A stretch of DNA of 63,935 bases from an uncultured virus (IMG/VR IMGVR_UViG_3300048861_000257) (taxonomy: Duplodnaviria; Heunggongvirae; Uroviricota; Caudoviricetes; Herelleviridae): the IMG/VR virus record IMGVR_UViG_3300048861_000257, one strand, 5' to 3'. The notes below the pieces were generated by a model. It was not told the DNA's origin, made no database searches, and saw nothing but the letters and a program-made list of their open reading frames with translations. Both the position numbers and the translations under genes were made by a program. Positions 1-10,242 of this stretch are shown piece by piece. The first letter of the stretch is position 1, and each line of letters starts with the position of its first letter.

Positions 1-154
1 TGGGCGATCTCGTGGTATCGGGCCTCGCGCGCGTCCCATCCGGTGGGGTCGACGGTGTTGCGGATCGTGATGGCCGACAACTCGCAGAAGTCTCGGAAGA
101 CCTCGGAGACGCGGCGTCGGCCGGAGGCGGTGTTCGCCTGGAGGAGCTTTTTCA

Positions 155-751
155 TCATGCGGAATCCACCTGTCTGATCTCGGAGAAGTCGAAGGCCTCG
201 AGCTTCATGTCCTGGCGGTTGCGCAGGACGGTTCGTTCGTCGAGGTGAAGGGCGCGGCCGATGCGTTTGTCGCTCCAGCGGCGGGAGTGGAGACGCCGGA
301 TGGCTTCTTGGCGCTCGGCATGGGTGAGCTTGACCTTGTCGCCCCGCATCGCGAGGTGGACGGCGATCTCGTCGATGTATCCCTTGCCGTCGGCACGCTC
401 CTTGGCCACACCTCGGATGTTCGGACGTGCCTTGGGGTCGTCGATGTCGTCCCAGGCGAGCGGACTGACCCAATTGTTGGCCTTGGCCTTGTTCCGCGAA
501 CGTTCTCCCTCGGGGCCCTCGACTGGTTGTGTCCAGAGTTCGCTGTAGAGCTTGGCTACCGACCAATACGTCTGGATCGACACGCGATCATGCCGCGGGT
601 GAATCAGGACCGAGATGGTCGGCGGTGTCACGCCGAGGCGTGTTGCGAGAGCGGTCTGGGAGTGACCGATGGCCACCAGAGCTCGAAGCCGGCGAACGGT
701 GCCCGTGGCGTCGATGAGACCGGCTCTGGTTCTGGTGCTCGTCTTGCTCAC
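155..751 (-). CDS. HTH DNA-binding protein (N- and C-terminal HTH-like segments), phage-type
   Basis: RRLRALVAIGHSQTALATRLGVT and WSDKRIGRALHLDERTVLR helix-turn-helix patterns; upstream GGAAGGA RBS. Confidence 0.75.
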   Translation of the reverse strand: MSKTSTRTRAGLIDATGTVRRLRALVAIGHSQTALATRLGVTPPTISVLIHPRHDRVSIQTYWSVAKLYSELWTQPVEGPEGERSRNKAKANNWVSPLAWDDIDDPKARPNIRGVAKERADGKGYIDEIAVHLAMRGDKVKLTHAERQEAIRRLHSRRWSDKRIGRALHLDERTVLRNRQDMKLEAFDFSEIRQVDSA

Positions 752-779
752 GTTCCCGTCCTTCCTGTGTCGGAAGCGA

Positions 780-809
780 CGACGCCCCCTCCGTAGGAAG
801 GGGGCGTCG
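780..809. terminator. Intergenic hairpin
   Basis: CGACGCCCCCT (780-790) / AGGGGGCGTCG (799-809) perfect inverted repeat. Confidence 0.55.
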
Positions 810-835
810 GGCTTGGGAGAGAACCCCCTGCGGGG

Positions 836-1510
836 TCATGACTGGGCAGACAGCCCCAGTGCGTGCTGAACGTCCGCGAGGGCCGCGTCGCGGGCGGGCT
901 GCGCTTCGTAGAGGCTGCGGTAGGAGTCCAGTTCCGTAGCGACGAGCAGCAGTGCGCGGCTCAGCGCATCGACACGCTGGTCGGTGGTCTGTCCAGCGAG
1001 GGCGTCGATCTCCTTGGCGATGTCGACGCCGTTGAGCTTGACGTGCTCCTCCCACTTCCGGAACAGCCCGTGGGTGTTCGGATTGCGGCCGATGCTCATC
1101 GAGAGCGCCAGCGCGGCGTCTACATCCCGGATGCGGTCCTCGGGGACGACGCCCATCTTGCGACGGAGGCGGGATGCGTCGACGGAGTGGACCTGCTCGC
1201 ACAGTGCCATGGCGGTCCCGGTGCCTTCCGGTGCCGGGAGCTCCACATGGGTGGGGCCGCTGCGCTTGCGGGTGGCTGTGGAGAGGTAGACCACCTGGGC
1301 GAAGCCCGATCGCGCGTTGAGGACGTTGTTCGAGACGATCACGGCTGGCCGGTTGCTCCAGATCTCGTTTCCCACGGCGGGAGTGCTGGGATCGGCGAGG
1401 ACCATCCAGATGTCGCCGCGGCGGTATCTGAACTCGGGTCCGGCGCCGGCCGCCGCCGCGCCGCGCATACGGCCTGCGATGTTCGCCGGGGTCGGTGCTG
1501 TGTCCGTCAT
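836..1510 (-). CDS. mazF: PemK/MazF-family toxin with C-terminal helical extension
   Basis: RRGDIW..GNEIWSNRPAVIVSNN..YLST..ALCEQVHSVDASRL motifs. Confidence 0.85.
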   Translation of the reverse strand: MTDTAPTPANIAGRMRGAAAAGAGPEFRYRRGDIWMVLADPSTPAVGNEIWSNRPAVIVSNNVLNARSGFAQVVYLSTATRKRSGPTHVELPAPEGTGTAMALCEQVHSVDASRLRRKMGVVPEDRIRDVDAALALSMSIGRNPNTHGLFRKWEEHVKLNGVDIAKEIDALAGQTTDQRVDALSRALLLVATELDSYRSLYEAQPARDAALADVQHALGLSAQS

Positions 1511-2112
1511 GGTGCAATCACCCCTGTGGTATCCACCGGGGTCTGGTAGCTGTAGCTCTCGCCTTCGTCGTGGCGGTTGGCCTCGAGGATGAAGACGCGG
1601 CCGCGGCTGGGCGTCAGCGCGAATTCGATGTGCTTCTTGCAGGTCTCCTCATCAGCCGTGTCGAAGAATGCGGCGGTGTAGCCCTCGGAGAGGTTCGCGG
1701 CACGCTGCCGGAGCTCCTGGAGGCGTGCCTCGCGGGTGGGGTAGTGCTCGATGGCGGTCTTGCCGTCGCCATAGTCAGTGAAGGTCGTGTAGAGCACGGC
1801 GGGACCGGCATCCCGCTGGTACTCGCCGAGGTGGACATCCACGCCGTAACCCGCGTAGAGAGCGACGACCTGCCGGAGCGCTTCATCGGCGTTCGCGCCG
1901 CCGAACGGGGCGAGGATCTCGTCCACCTCTTCCGCGGAGACCTCGTCGTGGTTGACGAGCAGTAACTGCACGACAGCATCACGACGGGCCGACGGGTTCT
2001 CGAACTGCTCGTCGAGGACGACGGTTGCATCGTCCAAGACGACGGCGGTGTATGTGGGCACGAAGGCCCGGTCGGTGGAGGCCTCTTCAGGCTCCGCTGT
2101 TACGAGATACAC
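1507..2112 (-). CDS. Hypothetical protein, coupled to mazF-like gene
   Basis: Protein-like composition; 4-nt stop/start overlap at 1507-1510. Confidence 0.7.
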   Translation of the reverse strand: MYLVTAEPEEASTDRAFVPTYTAVVLDDATVVLDEQFENPSARRDAVVQLLLVNHDEVSAEEVDEILAPFGGANADEALRQVVALYAGYGVDVHLGEYQRDAGPAVLYTTFTDYGDGKTAIEHYPTREARLQELRQRAANLSEGYTAAFFDTADEETCKKHIEFALTPSRGRVFILEANRHDEGESYSYQTPVDTTGVIAP

Positions 2113-2175
2113 GGTGGCTCTCCTTGCAATTTCGGCGGGTCGCCTGGGCGGCCCGAGGTGTGAGCGGGACGGTCG

Positions 2176-2751
2176 TCAGAGCAGATGCTCGGTGGCGGCC
2201 GTCTCGATGAGGGTCCGGGCGATCGAGAGGACACCAGAGCGCCCGGTCAGGCTGCGGTCGTCGATCAGACGCTTGGGTTCTCTTCCGACGCCCCGATAGG
2301 TGCCGGTGGCTGTGTCGTGGATCTCGACCATGGTGTAGTCGTAGGCACCGTCGGCGTCTCGCAGGATGGAGACACTGAGGCCGGGGACGACACCGCTGGA
2401 GCGGAGTGCTTCGGCGACGTCGTGGACGAGCACGCTGAAGTCGCTGTGGTCGTAGATCCTGACACCCTCGTAGTCGTCGAGGGCGACCGACGACTCGCTG
2501 TTGGTGAGAGCGTGGGTGAGAGCGTCATCGGTGATGGCGTTCGTGTCGATCTCGAGGAGTTCCTCGCCCGAGATGACACGGGGGGGCTGCGACTGTCCGG
2601 CGTACCGGATGTTGAGCTTCAGGAGGGCTTCGGTGAGGTTCGGCGCTTTCATGTCGATGCACTCGACGCCGGCGAAGTCGGTCGAGCGGACCGATCGCGT
2701 CGCGGCGTCCGGGGAGACGCTCTTTTGCACGACGATGCGGTAGGTGGGCAT
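2176..2751 (-). CDS. Hypothetical protein
   Basis: Protein-like composition, GAGG RBS, co-oriented. Confidence 0.7.
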   Translation of the reverse strand: MPTYRIVVQKSVSPDAATRSVRSTDFAGVECIDMKAPNLTEALLKLNIRYAGQSQPPRVISGEELLEIDTNAITDDALTHALTNSESSVALDDYEGVRIYDHSDFSVLVHDVAEALRSSGVVPGLSVSILRDADGAYDYTMVEIHDTATGTYRGVGREPKRLIDDRSLTGRSGVLSIARTLIETAATEHLL

Positions 2752-2803
2752 GGTGCCTCAATTCCGGTTCGGGTGTCGCGCGGACACGTCTGGGGTTGGT
2801 GCA

Positions 2804-2844
2804 CGACAGGAAGGGGCGACCCGTGTGGATCGCCCCTTCTGTCG
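2804..2844. terminator. Hairpin after UvrD-like gene
   Basis: CGACAG-GAAGGGGCGA / TCGCCCCTTC-TGTCG inverted repeat. Confidence 0.55.
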
Positions 2845-2874
2845 ATGCGGGTGTTGCTGGACTTTTGGTCTCGG

Positions 2875-5800
2875 TCAGACCGTGGCCCCGACGAACGCCG
2901 AACCGTCGTCGACGGTGTCGTCGCTGCCGGTGTCGTCGCTGCTGGCGCTGCCGCCGAGCACCTCGGTGGCCTCGTCGGCGTCCAGGCGCGTGAGCGCGTC
3001 GGTGAAGCCGCTGAGCGCGGTGTCGAGGTCGTCGACCTGCTCCTCGGTGTCCTCACCGGCCGGTGTGGCCGCCATCAGGACGGCCAGGGCGGCCTCCACC
3101 TCGTCGTCCGACATGGTGTCGAGGTCGATGCCCTGCTGACGCAGCACGTTCAGCGCGTCGCGCTTCTCGAGCTGGGCCACCAGCATCTCGTAGTCCGCCT
3201 CGATGCGCGGGTTCTTCGCCGTGCCGTAGGAGAGGACGTACATGCTCTTCATCGCCCTGGTGAAGGCGACGTAGTACATGCGCTTGTTGTCCTCCGCCAT
3301 CTGTGGGTCGTACTTGTGCACGACCAGCACGTTGTCGAACTCGAGGCCCTTGGCGCCGTGGATGGTGCTGACGACCAGCTTCGCCTGCGCGTTGAGGTTC
3401 TTCTCCTTGCGCTCCCGGTTCTTCTGGTTCATCAGGGACTGCTTGATGCCGTTGTGACGGATCTCGTAGCCCAGCACGTTGTCCTGCAGTCGCTCGAAGA
3501 ACTCGTCCGCCGTGATCTGACCGGCCTGGTAGAGACCGAGCCAGCCGTTGATCTCGTTGGCACCCGCGATCCACCAGTCCGACGTCATCTTGGCGACGGC
3601 GCCGGCGGCAGCTGCGGCGTTCTTCGTGAGCTGATCCAGGTTGTCGTTGATGCCCTTGTGGATCGCGAAGGCAGCGTCCTTCGGGTCCAGCTGGCACACG
3701 TCGTTCCAGAACAGCTTGATGTACTGCGAGAACACCGTGGTGGGGTAGGTGCGGTCGCTGACGAGGTTGGCGACGTGCTCGCCCGGGAACAGCTCCTGGA
3801 GCTTCTTCTCCATGATGGAGACCTCGGCGCGCGAGTAGGCGAGGAACGCCACCTGCTCGCCCCGTCCCAGCCGCTCGGCGATCCATCGACGAGCGTCGAC
3901 CCCGATGAAGGAGCCGAGCTCCTCCCGGAACTTGGTGAGGTGCTGGAACAGCTTGTAGTTCACCGTCACCTTCTCCTGGAAGGAGGCGGCGGTGGGCACG
4001 GCGAGCGAGTTGGCCTGCAGCCGCAGCTGCGCCGCGGCGTTGGCCTCGATGTCAGCCAGGTGGACGTTCGCGAAATCCAGGATCTCCTGGTTACTCCGGT
4101 AGTTCGTCGTCAGCTGGTAGGTGGCGAAGACGCCGGACTCCTCGAGCGCGTTCAGCGCCTTGGGGTTCGACGCGCGGAACTCGTACAGCGTCTGCGAAGC
4201 GTCGCCGACGATGAACATGTTCTCGCGGTGCTTGGCAACGTACTTGAGCAGGTAGATGAACTCGAAGATCGAGTTGTCCTGCACCTCGTCGATGATGAGG
4301 TACTTCGACTGCACGTTCGCCGGCTCGACCATGCGGTCGATCTGCTGGTAGGCGATGACGATCTCCAGCTCGAGGCAGGTCTGGCCGATGCGGTCGAGCA
4401 TCTCCAGGACCTTGGCTTCGTACTTCTCGATGAACGCGTTGAGCAGCGTCGTCGCACCAGCGGTGAGCTTGTCGACGTCCATCATCACTCGACGGAACGC
4501 CCGTGCGACGTCGTCGCTCGGGTAGAAGATGTCGAGGCTGTTGAGGATCGTGTCGATCGACGACAGCTCGTGCTTCGGGTGGTTCAGCGAGTAGATGTCG
4601 TGGATCATCCGTGCGATGGTCATCGACCGCACACCCGGGTTCCGCTCCGTGATGTTGTCGGCGGCCGCGTTGGTGAAGGACAGCACCGCGATGTCGGACG
4701 CGTTCACGCCCTGCGCCTCGAGGTGCTGGATGCGCCCGAGGATCACGGTGGACTTGCCAGTGCCTGCACCCGCCTGCACGAGCGTCAGCGGCTCCGGGGT
4801 GGAGATCGCTGCGCGCTGCTGCGCCGAGAAGTGGGCCGGCATCGCCCAGGTGCTGTTGCCCGACGGCGGGGCGGAGAGCTGGCCCTTCATCGAGTTGAGG
4901 TGCTCCAGCGTGTGCGACATGAGCAGGTTCAGGTTCTGCTTGCTCAGGTCGTTTGCGACGTCGGGCGAGCACACGCCGTTGATGGTGGCGTGGATCGCAC
5001 GGTACGCCGCCAGCGAGACGTTGTAGGTCTCGAGGTAGCGCAGCTGCATCGCGAGGTGGTGCAGCGTCTGGTCGTCCGGTCGGCCGTTGGCGAACAGCTC
5101 CTGGATGTGGGTGGACAGCACGTCGGCGATACCGTCGCCGGCCCAGGCCTCCGCCAGGCGGCAGATTCGCTCGTGCACGTCGTAGTTCGACATCCACTCG
5201 GCGAGCTCGTCGACGTCCACGAAGACGCCTGCGCTTGCCTGGGCGCCGATGCGGGCCGTGGCGTCCTTAATGAACTCCTCGACGTCGTCGAGCGGCGCGT
5301 AGCTGTAGCGCATCATGGCGAACTCGTGGGTCGCGTCGAACGGCTGGCCGGCGCGCGGCGCCCACGGCGGCGAGGAGACAAGGCGCACTCGCTCGCTGGT
5401 GGATCCTTTGGCCACGACGAACAGGTCCATCCGGTAGAGGATGCTGAGGTCCTTGGAGATCTTGTCGCCGCTCTCGTCCTTCTGGAGCACGATCCCCTGG
5501 GGGGTGAGGTCCAGGAAGACGTCGAAGTCGTACTTCGTCGCATTGGCGGTGATCTCCAGCCGGTCGTTGGCGAACGGCACCGGGTAGGTGAGGCCGCGGG
5601 CCGCGTTGTGCTCGACCGAGTACTGGGCCAGCAGACCCATCGGGATGGTGAAGGTGGTGACGTTACTGCCGGAGCTCTTGCCCTTGGCGAGCACCGCCTT
5701 CGTGGACATGGTGGCCGAGCTGGAGCCCAGCGGGTATCGCCCGGGACGCACGGTCTGGTTCAGCAGGCCCACGTTGTTCCGGCCGTTGCCGGTGAGTTCG

Positions 5801-5883
5801 CTGCTGAAGTACTTCGGGTTGAGCGCCTTGGCGGCCGTGGGAGCCGAGGAAAGCGCGGTGAGGTCATCGAGCTGGATTGGCAT
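2875..5883 (-). CDS. UvrD/REP-like superfamily 1 helicase with long N-terminal extension (~1002 aa; start re-called at MPIQLDD)
   Basis: AGAGTGKST Walker A, LSFTNAAA, IIDEVQD, VGDASQTLYEFR, NYRSNQEI, STIHGAKGLEFD, YVAFTRA. Confidence 0.92.
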   Translation of the reverse strand: MPIQLDDLTALSSAPTAAKALNPKYFSSELTGNGRNNVGLLNQTVRPGRYPLGSSSATMSTKAVLAKGKSSGSNVTTFTIPMGLLAQYSVEHNAARGLTYPVPFANDRLEITANATKYDFDVFLDLTPQGIVLQKDESGDKISKDLSILYRMDLFVVAKGSTSERVRLVSSPPWAPRAGQPFDATHEFAMMRYSYAPLDDVEEFIKDATARIGAQASAGVFVDVDELAEWMSNYDVHERICRLAEAWAGDGIADVLSTHIQELFANGRPDDQTLHHLAMQLRYLETYNVSLAAYRAIHATINGVCSPDVANDLSKQNLNLLMSHTLEHLNSMKGQLSAPPSGNSTWAMPAHFSAQQRAAISTPEPLTLVQAGAGTGKSTVILGRIQHLEAQGVNASDIAVLSFTNAAADNITERNPGVRSMTIARMIHDIYSLNHPKHELSSIDTILNSLDIFYPSDDVARAFRRVMMDVDKLTAGATTLLNAFIEKYEAKVLEMLDRIGQTCLELEIVIAYQQIDRMVEPANVQSKYLIIDEVQDNSIFEFIYLLKYVAKHRENMFIVGDASQTLYEFRASNPKALNALEESGVFATYQLTTNYRSNQEILDFANVHLADIEANAAAQLRLQANSLAVPTAASFQEKVTVNYKLFQHLTKFREELGSFIGVDARRWIAERLGRGEQVAFLAYSRAEVSIMEKKLQELFPGEHVANLVSDRTYPTTVFSQYIKLFWNDVCQLDPKDAAFAIHKGINDNLDQLTKNAAAAAGAVAKMTSDWWIAGANEINGWLGLYQAGQITADEFFERLQDNVLGYEIRHNGIKQSLMNQKNRERKEKNLNAQAKLVVSTIHGAKGLEFDNVLVVHKYDPQMAEDNKRMYYVAFTRAMKSMYVLSYGTAKNPRIEADYEMLVAQLEKRDALNVLRQQGIDLDTMSDDEVEAALAVLMAATPAGEDTEEQVDDLDTALSGFTDALTRLDADEATEVLGGSASSDDTGSDDTVDDGSAFVGATV

Positions 5884-5971
5884 CGTGTGGCTTCTTCCTA
5901 GATTTTCGCCCGAGGGCGGGTGGCTTTGCGGGTGTGGGTGCGCGGGCGGCGAGCTGATGGCCTGCGGGTAG

Positions 5972-6310
5972 TCACTGCTCAGGGCAGTCGGGGCAGGGTG
6001 CAGCGAGCCCGCAGCCGTTGCAGAGCTTCGGCAGGACGGCGTCGACCATGAAGTAGCCGAACGGCATGCCCTGCTGGAGCAGGTCGGCGCACGCTTGGCA
6101 GAGGGGGACATTGGACTGCCAGCGGCCACGCGGGTGCTCGGCGGTGCCATGCACCGGGCTGGTGATGGTCGCGATGACGGCGGCGAAGGGCAGGTCGTCT
6201 GGGTGGTTGGAGTCCAGCGCGCACATGCGGATACGGACCCGTTCCTCGTTGTGCTTCTCTCGACCCCAGGACGAGAGGGTGGAGCCGGACGGATACACGG
6301 TGTCGGCCAT
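5972..6310 (-). CDS. Small Cys-rich putative zinc-binding protein (start MADTVYP)
   Basis: CQAC, CNGC, CPDC motifs; GAGGAGG RBS. Confidence 0.65.
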   Translation of the reverse strand: MADTVYPSGSTLSSWGREKHNEERVRIRMCALDSNHPDDLPFAAVIATITSPVHGTAEHPRGRWQSNVPLCQACADLLQQGMPFGYFMVDAVLPKLCNGCGLAAPCPDCPEQ

Positions 6311-6339
6311 TGGGCCTCCTCTCGTTGGAAGTGGGCGCA

Positions 6340-6373
6340 CGAAGGGGCGAGGGGATTGACCCTCGCCCCTTCG
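6340..6373. terminator. Intergenic hairpin
   Basis: CGAAGGGGCGAGGG / CCCTCGCCCCTTCG perfect 14-bp stem. Confidence 0.6.
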
Positions 6374-6383
6374 GTCGTGGCGG

Positions 6384-8321
6384 CTACTCGTCGAGAACGA
6401 GTTCCAGCTCGTCCTCCTCGTCGACCACCCCGAGTGCGGCGGGCGCCGGGGGGAAGCGCACGGCGATGACCGCGTCCTCGATGAGCCGTCGAGCGGCCTG
6501 CTCTGCCGGGCGAGCACCCTGGTCGGGCAGGAAGGTGTCCTGCACCGTCTGGGCGAGCACCCCGGGGTCGATGGGCACCGGGATGGCGGCCGCGGTGACC
6601 GGGTCGGACTCGACGATGCGGTCGCGCTCTCGCTCGTAGCTGGCCACGAGGATGTCCTCGTAGGTTTCGCGCGAGAGTGGGGCGAACGCGATCAGCTTGG
6701 AGTAGCGGCCGAGGAACTCTGCATCGAAGTCGTCCTTCAGTGCCCTGGCGATCTCCTGACGGCTGAGCATTGAGGCCTGGTCGTCCAGGACGAACCCGAC
6801 CTTCTTCTTGTTCAGCGAGTCTCGGCCCGCGTTCGTGGTCGCGATGATGATCGTCTTCGTGAAGTCGATCACCTTGCCGTTGGCCATCCGCATCCAGCCC
6901 TCGTCGAGGGCTGTCAGGAACAGCCGGTGGATCGTGCGGTCGGCCTTCTCGATCTCGTCCAGCAGGATCACCCGGTACGGGTTCGACTCGAGGGTGTCGA
7001 ACGGCAGCTCCTTGTTGGAGTCGCTGCCGATGTAGCCGGGTCCGGCGCCGATCAGGCGCGAGACGTCGTGCTGGTTGCTGTACTCGCCCATGTTGAGCAT
7101 GATCGGCGGCTGGCTGGTCAGCTCCTGGGCGATGATCTTCGACACTTCGGTCTTGCCGACACCGGAGGGGCCGGCGAACATCCACGCAAGCGGCTTCTTA
7201 CGGGGGAATGCGCCGAGATCGTCACGACGCAGCGCGTCGATCAGGTCGTCGATGATCTCCTCCTGTCCCTTGATGCGGCCGAGCTGCTCGAGCACTCGCG
7301 CCTCGTTGAAGGGCTCCTTGGTGGCGAGGCCTGTCATGAGACGAACAGCGACCGAGCGCAGCTTCGACTCGCTCAGCGGTATGGCGGTCAGGCTCTGCAG
7401 GGCATTGGCGACCGCGGTGTTCTGCGCCGCTGTCGCTTGGGCCAGTGCCGTGCTGTGTGCGACGACGGTCTCGGCCATGGCGCGGTCGAGCAGCGTGAGG
7501 GCGTTGTCCGGCCGGTGCGAGGTTGCCCGCGAGTTCTCGTCGGCGATGACGACGAGCTTGGTGAGCACGTCGTCGGAAACCGTGACCTTCTGCTTGTAGT
7601 GCGCGAGGTACGACGGACGAGCCGAGAAAAGGACCTGGAGAGCCTGCTCCCTGGTGAGCTCGTCGACGATCAGACGGGTGAAGCGGCGCTGGAACGCCGG
7701 GTCATCGTCGAACGACTTCGACTCGTTCATCGTGGTCGATCCAATGACCCGCAGGTCGCCACGGGCGAGTGCGGGCTTCAGGATCTGAGACACCTTCTTG
7801 TAGACCGGGTCGCGGTTGTCCATGAGCTGGTGGATCTCGTCGATGAAGAGGATCGCGTCCTTCTTCTTGTCCGTGGCGAAGTCGATCAGGCCGGCCAGGC
7901 GCTCCTCGAGCTGCCCGACGACGCCGGCGCCGGCGACGATGTTGCTCAGCGGCAGCTCGTAGATCGTGGACTTCGCCAGGCGCGCGGGGATCAGCGGGCT
8001 CTTGATGGCGATGAGGCGCGCGATCTCTTCGGCGATGCGGGTCTTGCCGACGCCGGCCGGGCCGACGAGGAGCGCGTTCGGCTTGTTCTTGCCGATGAGG
8101 ACCGAGATGGTCTGGGCGATGAGCGCATCGCGGAAGAGAGCCGGGTCGGCCTTCTCGAAGCGCTCGTTGTAGTTGATGAGCATGTCCTCGATCCCGGACA
8201 GGCTGCCGGTGATGTTCGACATGGGCGGGAGGCCCGGGATGATGGGTCCTCCGCCGTTGCCGCCGCCTCCACCGTTGCCGGTGTCGTCGTCGTTCGGGTT
8301 CGTGTAGTCGGTGAGTCCCAT
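6384..8321 (-). CDS. ClpA/ClpB-type two-NBD AAA+ ATPase lacking the Clp N-terminal domain
   Basis: KNKPNALLVGPAGVGKT, LFIDEIH, LKPALARG, FQRRF; second NBD FAGPSGVGKTE, RLIGAGPGYIG, LLDEIEKA. Confidence 0.92.
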   Translation of the reverse strand: MGLTDYTNPNDDDTGNGGGGGNGGGPIIPGLPPMSNITGSLSGIEDMLINYNERFEKADPALFRDALIAQTISVLIGKNKPNALLVGPAGVGKTRIAEEIARLIAIKSPLIPARLAKSTIYELPLSNIVAGAGVVGQLEERLAGLIDFATDKKKDAILFIDEIHQLMDNRDPVYKKVSQILKPALARGDLRVIGSTTMNESKSFDDDPAFQRRFTRLIVDELTREQALQVLFSARPSYLAHYKQKVTVSDDVLTKLVVIADENSRATSHRPDNALTLLDRAMAETVVAHSTALAQATAAQNTAVANALQSLTAIPLSESKLRSVAVRLMTGLATKEPFNEARVLEQLGRIKGQEEIIDDLIDALRRDDLGAFPRKKPLAWMFAGPSGVGKTEVSKIIAQELTSQPPIMLNMGEYSNQHDVSRLIGAGPGYIGSDSNKELPFDTLESNPYRVILLDEIEKADRTIHRLFLTALDEGWMRMANGKVIDFTKTIIIATTNAGRDSLNKKKVGFVLDDQASMLSRQEIARALKDDFDAEFLGRYSKLIAFAPLSRETYEDILVASYERERDRIVESDPVTAAAIPVPIDPGVLAQTVQDTFLPDQGARPAEQAARRLIEDAVIAVRFPPAPAALGVVDEEDELELVLDE

Positions 8322-8351
8322 GGCGGGTGATTTCCTCTCGTGAGTGAGACG

Positions 8352-8417
8352 GCGAACGGCCCCGGCTTGCGGCTCTTCCCTCGTGTGAGGTGGGAGCGCG
8401 CGGCCGGGGCCGTTCGC
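8352..8417. terminator. Long intergenic hairpin
   Basis: GCGAACGGCCCCGGC ... GCCGGGGCCGTTCGC inverted repeat. Confidence 0.55.
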
Positions 8418-8445
8418 TAGTCGTCGCCTATGCAGGCGTGCCGGG

Positions 8446-10134
8446 TCAGGCGACCAGGCCGATGAGCTTCTGCGCGATGGCAGGGTCGATGTGGCGCATC
8501 CTCTTCGCGAACTCCTGAGCGGAGCCGACGATCGTGTCCCAGTCCATGCTCGAGCAGGGCGCGTAGTACAGGTTTGCCGGGTGCTGGTCTCGCTGGCTCG
8601 GCGGCCACCACTCGAAGTCAGTGACGACGAGCGAGAGCCGGCGCTTCCGCTTCTCTGAGGCGTTGATGTAGTCCCAGATCTGCTTGTAGTCGGTGCCGCC
8701 GTTGACCTTCGGGATGCGCCGGAACTCCTCCCAGATCCGCGCCACGGACTTGTCCTTGGTGCGGAGGAGGCGCTCCTGCGACATGACGTGGGAGAACGAG
8801 TTGAAGTAGAGGTCGACGTTCATCTTCTTGGCCAGCTTGATCAGCATCATGACCGCCTGCTGGTAGTGCGCCTCTGAGATCGACCCCGAGGTGTCGATGT
8901 AGACGTGCAGATCCGGCAGGTAGTGCGTCGATGTGATGCGACCGGGCCGGTTGTAGTCCATCGGGTCGCGGCGGTTGGCCTTGGCGAAGGTGGTCTTCGT
9001 CTTCTTCAAGATGTTCTGCGAGCGGGCGACTTCCTTCAAGCGCTTGAGCGCGCGGATGAGGCCCTTCTCGATCTCCACCCTGGTCGGCGGCTGCTTCTTG
9101 AAGGTGATCTTCGCGGAGCGACCGAGCTGCGCGGTCTTGTTGCTCTGAGCGTTCGCAGCCTGCGCCGCGGCCTTCGCCATCGCGCGGGGGAGGGCGGTGA
9201 GCTTGCTCAGCGCTTTGTTCGAGATCACCTTCACAGGCGACTTGATCGACGCGTTGATCAGCTGCCACTCGTTGTCGACCTTCTTCGGCGTCGACCGTGC
9301 GTGCGCTTCGACGTTGACGAGGATGATCGTGCGCGGCAAGTAGAGCTCCGACACGACGAACGGCAGGGTGCCCATCACCGGGGTGGCACCCCAGGTCGAG
9401 GCGTTCTGCAGCTGGTACTGCATGAGCATGTGCACGATGACCCTGGCGAACGAATACTCCTCGTTGGCGTCCGAGTCGTCCTTGCGGAGCACGTAGCCCT
9501 CGACCAGCCCCTTGAGGTTGGTCTGGGCGAACTTGCTGAGCAGGTTCGTCGTGTCGCCGGGCAGCACCGCGGCGAGGGTCGCCGTCTGCTGAACGAGCCA
9601 GGCCTTGAAGTCGTCGAAGTCGGTCTCGCTCTGGAACCAGAAGCCGAGCGCCTCGGGCGAGTACGCGTAGGCGACGCTGGCGAAGAACTCACCGTCGTCC
9701 TTAGCGTTGCCTCCGATGAGCTTCTTGGCCGACGGGATGACGTCGTGCATCGCCGTGTAGAGCGTCTTGGGACCGGGGTGCGGCAGCCGGTTGGCGTGGG
9801 CAGCCTGGACGGCGAAGAGCTCGTTGACGAGCAGCGGGGTGGTCTGGTCGTAGTTGACGAGGCCCTGCTGGAGCAGTGACTTCATCTCCTGTTCAGCGGT
9901 CGGGTTGACGTTCGGGCCGACGGCGCTCATGAGGATGCCGAGCACGTCGTCCTTGTTGTACGAGATGCCCTTCTGGTTGGTCACGGAGACCGAACCACCC
10001 TTTGCCATGGGCTTGAAGAGCGGCTTGACGATCGACTTGCGGATCGCGGGCACCGGGTCGTAGCCCCCGTTGATGGGGAGGGTGTGCACCGGGCTGAGGA
10101 TGGCGGGCTTCTGCCCGCTGAGCGTGAGAGACAC
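8446..10134 (-). CDS. vWA-domain protein (MoxR partner)
   Basis: C-terminal MIDAS: YIDTSGSIS, GGTD, VVTD; directly downstream of AAA ATPase. Confidence 0.85.
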   Translation of the reverse strand: MSLTLSGQKPAILSPVHTLPINGGYDPVPAIRKSIVKPLFKPMAKGGSVSVTNQKGISYNKDDVLGILMSAVGPNVNPTAEQEMKSLLQQGLVNYDQTTPLLVNELFAVQAAHANRLPHPGPKTLYTAMHDVIPSAKKLIGGNAKDDGEFFASVAYAYSPEALGFWFQSETDFDDFKAWLVQQTATLAAVLPGDTTNLLSKFAQTNLKGLVEGYVLRKDDSDANEEYSFARVIVHMLMQYQLQNASTWGATPVMGTLPFVVSELYLPRTIILVNVEAHARSTPKKVDNEWQLINASIKSPVKVISNKALSKLTALPRAMAKAAAQAANAQSNKTAQLGRSAKITFKKQPPTRVEIEKGLIRALKRLKEVARSQNILKKTKTTFAKANRRDPMDYNRPGRITSTHYLPDLHVYIDTSGSISEAHYQQAVMMLIKLAKKMNVDLYFNSFSHVMSQERLLRTKDKSVARIWEEFRRIPKVNGGTDYKQIWDYINASEKRKRRLSLVVTDFEWWPPSQRDQHPANLYYAPCSSMDWDTIVGSAQEFAKRMRHIDPAIAQKLIGLVA

Positions 10135-10242
10135 GGCTCCTCCGTTTCAGATGGGGGTGTCGAGGCGGGAATCGACGATGAGGACGATGAAGGGGCCCCA
10201 CCCTGCTGGGCTGCAGAGCGGGACCCCTTGATCAGTGGTTGG

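Noticed and set aside
2185..5901. Very long plus-strand ORF (1238 aa) and similar antisense ORFs (e.g. 21936-24494 +, 57905-61699 -)
   Set aside because: Shadow frames of real high-GC genes on the opposite strand; no motifs, V/D/G/R-biased composition
5884..7185. N-terminal ~430 aa of the 1436-aa ORF-track call
   Set aside because: Overlaps the Clp ATPase and Zn-finger genes in other frames; Arg/Pro-rich nonsense; helicase start re-called at 5883
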